From assembly GCA_051294905.1 (NCBI GenBank), contig CM119371.1, forward strand, positions 38,256,001 through 38,316,000: a stretch of 60,000 nt of DNA, in the 5' to 3' direction. The notes under the pieces are model-generated. The model had not been told where the DNA came from, ran no database searches, and saw only the letters and a program-made list of their open reading frames with translations. The DNA is from Botryllus schlosseri (lineage: Eukaryota). Position numbers and translations under genes: made by a program. This document shows positions 39,930-50,300 of this stretch, in pieces; within the stretch, counting starts at the first letter, position 1, and each line of letters begins with the position of its first letter.

Positions 39930-40585
39930 ATTTCATTACTTATCTTCATTTCTGGTTGGAACTGTCTGACCTTACAAAGTAGTTTGACCTGACAAACTTT
40001 TTGCCTTATTTTAACCAAATCTGGACCTATGAAGAATTCTAGTAGTTACATCACGCATTATGGTGGAAATAATTAAAATTTGTTGTAGTACAACGAAAGA
40101 TGCTTTCCTACATTATCGGGTGGAAAGTATCGGTCCTTACTAAGTAGCTTGCCAAGAATGGAGTAAGAACGTGCCACACTGAACTTGTGCGTACGCTGCT
40201 GGTGACACACCGTGATGCTTCATTCTGGCAATGCTGTCTACATCACGATTTTTCATCATGCGCTTCTTGATATAAGCAACAAAACCCACACAGTCTTGCT
40301 GCAGTTACGATATTGCGGTACGTTGGGCATAGCACCATGTCTACATATTTGTTTCATTTGACTATTTATGATTCACAATGAGCAGACAATGGGCAGACTA
40401 CAACGGTAGGCCTATGAAGTAGGCTACAAGACGTAAAATGTCAAATGATAAGTTCACCGACATTGCAAACATCTACGATACAAACGAAATTTTACCTATA
40501 TAAACAACTTTAACAGACTTTTATACTATCGCTTCAATTTCGACATACTTTTGAGCTTTTTTACCTTGCCAAAAAAATCACCCTA
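39930..40585. mobile_element. Partial copy of the 46284-47168 hAT family
   Basis: Colinear homology; right end AAAAAAATCACCCTA. Confidence 0.75.
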
Positions 40586-41321
40586 CTAATCACCTTCATG
40601 ACGAAAGTGAAAAATTTCATTCGGATGACTGCCCCGATTGTATCGCATGCCACGACAGTGTCAGCTGACCGATGAAATACACAGATATCGACAACAGATT
40701 CTATATTTCCTTGTCTTTCTAGGGTCCACGATTAGAAACGCATCATCGCGAATACTATCTCCGCGGGGACGCAATATTAACTGCGAATGATCCCATGTTT
40801 AAGCGATGTATGCTGCCTTTGGCATCACACCACTACGCGGTATTGCCTTCCCAAGTAAACCCCGTTGTGATGCACAGAAAATACCACGAAATAGGATCGC
40901 GAACAAGATATTTACTGTTCGAGGAAACTGCGAAGTACCGAAACAATTTACGGGAATATATCAGTATAACAAACGCACCAAAATGATATCAATATCGAAC
41001 AATATGGCATAATGTTCCGCACTATACCAGACATTGTAAAGTTGCAGCAATGTAGTCCACACCGATTACAATTGAGAACTTGGAATGGACACGAAAATGT
41101 CGCTTTGAGTCTCGAATCAATCCGCATTTATGAAAAAACCAGTCCAAGACAAGTATTAGTATCGATTTTATAGCTAGACATTTATCTCTTATTTGGCGAA
41201 GCAAATGAGAGAGAAATTCCGGAACCATGTCAGTAACAAACGCACGAAATACGCAATCAAAAGGAAATATGAATTGCCTGCGCCCTAATAGTGTGATTGA
41301 ACGCGACCTTATCATCTATGC

Positions 41322-44300
41322 TTACGGAGGACAGAACTCGCAAACGTAGAAGGCCGTCGATAAACTCATTGGGAACTGAATGGTACTGTAGCTGCTACCG
41401 ATAGCAGTGGCGCCCCCGGAATTATCTCCATCCCCGATCAGAGTCGTGTCGCTGTCTGGGAGGTAATCTGATGAGACATCGCCGTCGAAATTCTCAACCC
41501 ACTGAAAATCGATTTCGTTTACCTCTCCGTCGTCGTCGAGAAGAGGCAACCAAACGGTACCCGTCAATCCTAAGTGGTTCCGGAACAGCGCTCTAATATT
41601 GGAAAGGAATCGTGATGTCATGGTGTCAAGTAGGGTTGCATTTAAAACAATAATCAATTTAAGACAAACAGCTTTAAATCAAGGCCCTTGTTCAAAACAT
41701 GTTTTCTCGTTGTTAGGTGTTTGTTTGTTTAAGCCCCGTCGTCACGAATATTCAATTGTGACGTTATAGTGTGCTGACATTCACAATTGAAAATATAGGG
41801 AAAATATAGCTCCTTTGACGAAATAGGCTTCTAACCTCTGTAGTACACGGACCACAAATATCTTAAACCAAGACTACATCGCCATGAGAGAGAGAGAGTC
41901 TTTATTTTCATCGAACCAAAATACATAACAAACGGCAGTGATGGTGGTACAGAAAACATGCATGCACAGTATTCGGTATTAGATAGGAATGATCGATAAG
42001 ACCGTGAAGGTCATCTAGTCTGATCACACCAGCATCAAACAGGTACACTTGACTCTGAACAGTCTGGCTGTAAAGAAATGTTTAGTTAAAGGAAAATAGA
42101 AAAAAAAATTAAACAATGGTGGCAAATGATCAATGAAGCAATGTCTGGGCGAGGTAGGGCAACAGTGTTAGTGTAACGACAAGAGGTGATCAAGTAGGGC
42201 TTTTTTGAATCTATTATAAGGCAATTCACGGATATGTGGTGGTAATGCATTCCAGATGATAGGTCCCGCATTTTTACGGTCGGCGATCATCATCATCAGA
42301 ACATTCGTTCCGTACCAGCTATCTATATATCTACGTACTATAGCCGGTAAAGGAGAGAGAGAGAGATGTGGTATTCTTTTTCGCCTGCACCATCGAGATG
42401 CTCTGACGACGGAGATGCGATACGGCCTTTATAGTAAGATCATCCAGACTGCACCCCCGGGTTTTTTCTCCTCCATGCCATCCGTGATTGCTGGGCGCCT
42501 AACAGGACAGCCGCGGATACCAGCTTTCGAGTCTTTGGTCTGACTCGGCCGGGGATCGAGCCCACGACCTACCGATCGAGAAGCCGGACGCACAACCATT
42601 ACACTATCTCGCTCGGTTGAACAGGGTATTCCGAGGGTTCCAACCATTCCATCTCGTATACGTCCGCTATATCGGGAGGTAATCGTTCGTAGGCTCATAC
42701 AAAATGTTTTTTGGAAAGTATGTACATACAATTATGGCATCATTATACAACTTGAATAAAACACAATTTTATTTCATATGAAACGGCTTTTGTTTCAAAC
42801 ACTGTTCAAAACACGTTTCAAACAAAGTGTTGTAAACAACCATTTGTTTTGAATGCAGCCCTAGTGTCATGACTAAGGCTGAGTACAATGACTCGAGCAC
42901 GCGGATCTGAATAGAGCAGCGGTTCTCAAAATGTTCAAGACACGCCCCCCTTTATGATGATGGAAAATTTCGCGCGTTCCCTCGTCATGATATTACAAAA
43001 TATTAGAAATAACGCACAGAATGCAGCAACCCTAACGGTTAGGTTGATGGCATGGAAGGTTATGGCTGTTGATGAGAGAGTTCTCGGATATGAAATTTGG
43101 ACTACACTCAGAGCAGTTACTAGGAAACAGACGTAAATCGTGCACAGCGCGAAAAATCCTTCAGTTGACTGCAGTTTCGCGCCCCCTTCAGATGGTTCCA
43201 CACCCGCCAAGGGGGTCCCGCCCCCAGTTTGAGAACCACAGTAACAGCGTATTATTTCCTTTGAATCGCGTCGATTAGTGAGAGACAATTCCTTCGAGGA
43301 ACGAAATTATGCGCTCGCAGCCACTAATGGCTATATCAGACGTAGCTTGCGAAGGTGGCGTTTTCGTTTGCTTCAACAGACTTGTCTGGGACAATGCTGA
43401 AGAAGCAAACAAAATTACTATTGGGTAGCAGATAGCGGAGAAGCCTAAGCAGATTTTTAATCTCTGTGTGCCTATTACGTATTATATATCTTGATGAATA
43501 TTGACGCTCTTACACACAACGCAGTTTACTACCATACGTCTTACTTTCTTTCGTTGCTGCTATCCGTTGCAATGAAAACTATGCTCCAGCTGAGCGAGTC
43601 CGCTTGACTCTCGGTGATGTCAATCAATCCTTGTTAAACCATAGTGTCCTATATCGTGCGGACACGAGCAAATATCACGGTTCAGTGAAATTGGTCTACG
43701 TCACACTTTCCATTTGGTCAAAGGTAACTTTACGGCCATATTTGACCGACTTGCCGAGCGCTAAATTCGATGAAACGGGTATCAATGGAAAGCCGCTGGT
43801 GTACTGATGATTAAAATATAGATTTATTCTGCTCATGGTCATGGAACCCTAAAAAATCAGCCTCGAATTTGGCCTTGTGATAGAGTTTTGACATTGTGAC
43901 GCAACCATTCTGTCTCGAAAAACGACAGTAAATTTAAGAAGAAAGAGCCAGACAGCATTATTGCGTCACAATTCAAAACTCGATTACAATGCCAAATTCG
44001 AGGCTGATTTTGGGGGGTTTCAGGCCTTGACATCTCAATTTCTCGTATCCCAACATATGAAACATGTTGTCCAAAGCTACGCACGTCAGTAAAATCAGAT
44101 GTCTGTGAAGTCGCGTTGATTCCACAGCATGGCCAGAATACACCGTAGTAAAATCAAATGGGCGTGATTGCAAAGATAGCAAATTAGCTTTAATCTGATG
44201 TAGAGCTTGCATTATCAGTCTCAAAAAGGCATATATTTGTACTGGCGTCATAATGGGTGAAATTCGTAGCGTAATACTCTATTCCAGGTGTCGCCAACCT

Positions 44301-47300
44301 TTTTACCACCAATGGCTACTAGGTACTGATTAACAGTGTTGGGATGACTCGAGTCATGACTTGAATCGAGTCAGATTCGGGTCAACTTTTTTGTATGACT
44401 TGACTTGACTTGAGTCACTTTGCAAAAATGACTTGACTTGACTTGACTTGGTGCTCCAGAAATGTGGATTGACTCGTGACTCGGAGGAAAATTTACGAGT
44501 CAATTTCAAGTCATTATAAGTAAACCGTGTCAATTAAATCACAGTGACTTATGCATGTTCAGTTTTGTTCGCAATACGACGGTGTCACTTGTGAGAGCAA
44601 CCAGTCATTCACTGATTGTACGTTTCACTGATCTTCCATTGTTACATCACAAATAACTTGACTGCAAACGAAACGATCACAGCTTATGTTGTCGTAGTAG
44701 CAGTAGGTAACTCTAATAGAAACGTATCTTTGCTTCTTAGACGGCTCAGTGCTTGCAGGCAGTGCCACCTCTTCACCAACACTCGTGTAAGCTTTTTCTT
44801 CAAGTCTAACGAATATATGTAATTTTTGCGTTTTTGTCGTCACGGATATGTAGATGGGTAGTGTATTGCACCACATCAATTTGTTCAACTTCTCGAGGCT
44901 TCGTATTCGATCCAGTGTATTGACTGATAATAACAGACTGTAGCATGTAGGTATACAGTTACTCGCGTATTTTATTAGCAGTTCTAGGTGTGCGTGAGCG
45001 ATACCACACCTTTTTGCATGTATGTTTAACTTTATATTTGTTATATGATTCAAGATAAATCACCAATTAATCTGTACTTCACCCAGTTAGTCAAATATAA
45101 TGACTTCGCATCTTTACTCATACTTCTAAAATTCAATTTGACTTGACTTGTGACTTGACTTGTCTGACTCGACTTGACTCGAGTCACCTTTAATATTCGA
45201 TTGACTTGACTTGACTCGAGTCAAAATGTGCAATGACTTGAGATGACTCGGGACTCGAAGGTAGTGACTTGATCCCAACACTGATGATTAATGCGACTGG
45301 CTACCAGTTACGCCCGATATTTATAAGTTTTCAGTTGAATTTCTTCATTTAGACCAGTTGTTAAAACTTTTGTAGACACGCCCCCTTTATGATAGTGAAA
45401 AATGTCGCACCCCATGTCGCCAAATGCAACCGGAATGCTAGCAATCCCAACGGATAGTTTGATGGGCATGGAAGGTTATGACTGTTGATGAGAGATTTCC
45501 CCAAATACGAAGTATGAAAATAAATATGAAATTCAGACTATACACAGAGCAATAAGTATAAATTGCAGATACATAAATCTTCCGTTGACCGTTTTCACAC
45601 CCCGAGGGATTAGGCATCAACATCGTTAAATATTTATACGCTACGTGCAACCATTGCACATGGCTATGTTTAAAAAACATTCAACTGGTATTCTTTTCGA
45701 TTTTCGCGCGATGTACCCCCAGCTCTATGTATAGTCTAAATCCCATATTTGAGACGTGTCTCAACAGACATAACATCTTCCATGCCACAAAACAATGCGT
45801 TGGGATTGCAAATATTCTGTTGTTACTGTTTTCATTAATGTTTGATACCACGATAAGGGGAGGCCAAAGTGTTCACCGTCAACAAGGTGCATGCATCGAA
45901 AAAGGGTCCACAACCACTGCTCTATTCAAAACGAATACCTCAGTTACTCGATTTAGCCAAAGCCTATTCCTGACAGTCGCCACATACGTTGAAGCAAATT
46001 ACATTACTCACTGACGATCGGGTGCCGTCCTCACGTTCTTATGGGCAAGAACGGAGCCTTTATCCTTGCAATCTACACTAGCTTCAAATAAAAAGTTTGG
46101 AGTCATCGTTGTATGATAGCGACATCCTTTGTATTCGTTCCAATCCTCGAAATCTTCCTGGAATATCAGAGAGTTTTCTGAGATTCTGACCGCAATTTTC
46201 GAGATCGTGAACCCCTGGCCTGTACCAATACTCTCGCACAGTCCTGATATTTATCCCTAACTAGTACCGTAATGACTTATGAGTGGGGCGATTTTTTTGA
46301 CATAAAAACGAAAGATTTTGATCTAAAAAATTATACTTTTGACTTTTTTTGACATTAAAAACTCAATTTTGACCAAATTTTGAACTCACGTAGGTAAATT
46401 AGGAGTTTTCTCACAAAATGGTAGAATTGTGCTACTTATCGTCATTTCTGGTTGGAACTGTCAGTCATGACGAGGTAGTTAGGCCTGAGCTAGCTTTTTT
46501 GACTTGAAAAATAATAAATTTTTACATGAAAAAACTTTATATCCACTAAATCTGGACCGATGAAGAATTCCAGTGGGTGCATCACGCATTATGGAAGACA
46601 TAATAAAAATTTGTATTAGTTATACGAAAAATACTTTCCTTACATTCCGAGGGTAGGAAGTGCCTGCCTTACTAAGTTGATTGCCAAGAATGGAGAAAGA
46701 ACGTTCAACAGTTGCAGATGTTAGCTGGTAACACTGAAGTTGCGTGTACAGTACACAACTGGTGACACGCCGTGTTTCTTCATTCCGGCAATTTTGTCTG
46801 CATCATAATTTTTCATCATGCGCTTGTTGATTTGAAAACCAATGCCCATTGCCCACGCAGACTTGCTTCAGTTAGGAAATTGCGGCACGATGAGCATAAC
46901 ACCACGCTAACCAATTTGTTTCATTTGGCCGTTTATGATTCGCAATGAGCAGATAATGGGCTGTTTACAACGGTAGGCCGATAAATTGGGCTACAAGCTA
47001 TAACATATCAATGATAAAAGTTCATCCACAGTGCAAACATCTACGATACAAACGAAATGGTGGTTGAAAGAAAATTTTGACTCTGTACACAATTTTGACA
47101 TTTTTTGACCTATCGCTACAATTTTGACAAAACTGACTTTTTTCGACATGTCAAAAAAAATCGCCCTATTTCTGAGTATAAAAATGAATTTATCCGATGT
47201 AAGTTGCATTTGATATTGCTTGCACCCCAGCAGGTACCCCTACGATTCACCCTATTGAAGAGCACTGCTAGTTTAGATATATAAGCAACATAGATGCAAA

Positions 47301-50300
47301 CACGTGATTGCATGGTTGGACAACCGTAGTCTGCTACCAATTTATCGCAGATTCGTAAACAAATATAGTAATGTTATAACTTGCGAACAGAGGTAAAATG
47401 TATTTGAACTGGTTGCTATTGTCGCATTGATATATACTATTATCTGCTCAAGGCACTGCAGACATCCTGAAATTGTCCTTAAATGTGTAATATCGTCAAT
47501 GCTCGGATTGTTCGCACCAATTACTATTTCCTGCTGTGGACCAACTGTGCAGTTTTGTTTTGCGAATCTACTAGTAGGTTATTTATCTATAGTGCAAGAA
47601 ACTTCAGGTAACATCAGTAATAGCAGATATAGCAGCCTTGAAATCGAACTTGCCACGGGATTGTCGGTACTCGGGCAGACAAAAAGAAGTATCTCCGAAT
47701 ATTTCGGCTCAATTGCAAGTACAAACAGCGATTTCTGAGACCTGTCAATAATGCTTCCAGTTGCGAGATAGCGCAGTGGTATAACCCACAGCTGCAACAT
47801 CAATGGGTCGCGGGTTCGAGTCCGACCGAGGTCGACTCCGGAATGCCTACCTTAGTCTTGGAGGTTTATCTAGTCTCCTCCTCGCCAACTCATACGTGTA
47901 AACGGTGTCTTATAAAAGCCTCGAAGTGGACCGTGCTACAAGTCGGCAGACTCGGAATAAAAATAAAGAAAATTGACCTGGTGTAAATGACCATAATAGT
48001 CGACAAGCACCTTGAATACCGCAAACAACAACAAAAATAATGCTTCAGGCGGGAGTTTAGAATTAAGATACGAATAGCACTCTTGTGATAAGTTTAATCA
48101 AGTCGATTTTATCGAGACGTGTGGGATTCAAGTTTCATGTAAACCTGTTTAGTTAAGTTTGTCATATTTTCAGTCGGTTCGGTACCAAAATCATTCATTG
48201 ATAGCAACCAGTAATGCTAACCGGTTCGCTGATCTCAAAACAATTCGTTAGACGGTTGAATAGCAAAAGCGCTAACCGCTTTAATCCGACCTCAAAAGTA
48301 TATCAATTAATCGTCCTTATTATAGGCACAATTATTCAAATATTGAGATGCTTTGATACACCATGCAGTAACTTATGTTACTAAATACGTGAATAAGGAC
48401 AAGTTTCGCAATATAACACTGTTTTCCAATTGCGAAAGAGTTTTCAAGGGTAACATAGTTAGGCCTATGATTCTGTCAGCATCGTGTGTCCGAAAGCTCG
48501 AGCAAATGCAGTAACAGAAAATCAATTACCTGATCGCTGCACACCGATTCAAATTTTTAGCTTGTTGTCAGAATCGGCGCATCGGACTGTCATCTCTAAT
48601 TTTGATAAATTCCTTCAAAACATTCAAAAGTAGGCGCGATAGTATAGGTGCGTCATCAGGAATCAGTACTCGCACTCGTTCGTTATAAACGACAGTCACT
48701 TAAAAATGTTGATCTACATTTCAGCCCGATTGAAAAACCTATACAAAGGATGTAAGTACGAAGCCAGTAAATCACCCGCGACTGACATAGTTGCAGAGAA
48801 CACGTTACCGGATATCGGCCCCCTAGTGGGACTCATGGAGGTGAGCGCCAGGATAGCGGGGGGTCGGCTGTGAGTGACGAGATTTTTGTAACATCACCGG
48901 CCAAATAGGTGTATCTACGATTTTAATCCAACCCCCTATATGAGACGCCTCGATAAAATCGACTTGTTTAGACTTTTCAATAAAGTGCTAGTCGTATCTT
49001 AATTTTCTACTCCCATTTGAAGCAGTTTTGACAGGTCTCAGAAATCGCTGTTTGTCTTGAGAATTGAGTTGAAATATAGGGACTTATATGGACTCTAATA
49101 CTGTCTCGGTAATCACTATATTTGTACTTGCATTTGAACGGGAATTTACTTCTTCTGTACTTAATTACCAACAATGTCTAGTGTCGCCAAATCCAGTTTT
49201 CAATAATGGTGTAGCAGCTAAGACATAGTCGTGACCAATCACGGGGCAAGTTCGATTTCATGTCTGCTATACCGGCTATTACTTATGCTACCTAAAGGTT
49301 CTTGTACTATAGATAAGTAATCTACTGATAGATTCGCATAACGTAATTTCACAGTTGGCCAACCTGATACTGCTGGAAGTAGGAAATGGAGCAAAAATCC
49401 GAGCATTGCCGATATTCAACATTTAAGGACTCTATTTCGGGTTGACTTCATTGCCCCGAGCAGACATTGATATATATTTCAGGAATCAGTGCTGGAGTAG
49501 CTTTCGGGAAAGACCAGTTCTAATACATTTTGCGCTTTGTTCGCATGTTATAATATTACCATATTTGTTTGCGAAGCTACGATAAATTGGTAGTGGACTT
49601 CGGTTGCCCAACCATACAGTCACGTGTTTGCATGTATCTGAGGATTAGTAACCTGAAGTACTGCTCTTCAACAGGCTGTATCGTAGGGGTACCTGTTAGG
49701 ATGTAACAGAACTGTCCAACGGTGTACCAATTCTATGAGAGGAGGTGCAAGGGTGTCCCTGTTACCGCAACCAGTATACACAATCCATATTGCATCTAAT
49801 GATCTCATTTCTTACTGATTACAGTGCTAGTTAGAGCGGAATATCAGGACTGGGCGAGAGTATTGATGCAAACCTGGGGTTCTCAAGCTATTTTTTTTTA
49901 TCGTGGACCCGTTCAAGTATTGTGGGCGGTTGCGCACGCCCCCAAAAAATTGAGAATTTAATGACATGCCTGAAATCAGCTAACTAATAACTTGGCAAGG
50001 TAGTCACTAAACTAGTGAGGGTTAAACATTATAATATACTTGTTAGTCATCATATTCTCGCACATGTTAGTCATGCACATTAATCGTGCACTTTTACAGT
50101 TTTTGTGTAAACATTAACAATATGTAACCTTCCGAAAATGATTGAAGAACACGCTTGATACACCCCCTCGAATACTGCGGGGATGCAGCCCCTTACCGGA
50201 ATCACAGTAGTTGCCATTGTCGATTCCGTTGTTGTCGTGGTTGTTCTCACGAGAATGTCACTGATTACTGTATAAAAGATATCCAGTTAGTAATGGTGGA

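Larger units (their letters stand above)
41631..42863 (+). mobile_element. hAT MITE F1 with nested LINE end and SINE, 38 nt from the gene C exon 6 boundary
   Basis: TIRs present, TSD gtgtcaag/gtgtcatg. Confidence 0.88.
46205..49880. repeat. Long diverged inverted repeat (left arm about 46205-48122 with later insertions; right arm about 48945-49880)
   Basis: Reverse-complement matches 46205-46275/49815-49880, 47220-47670/49240-49710, 47700-47757/49020-49075, 48040-48120/48945-49025. Confidence 0.85.

Noticed and set aside
47763..47835. tRNA gene
   Set aside because: A and B boxes continue into a repeated SINE body with tail and TSD; no proper cloverleaf
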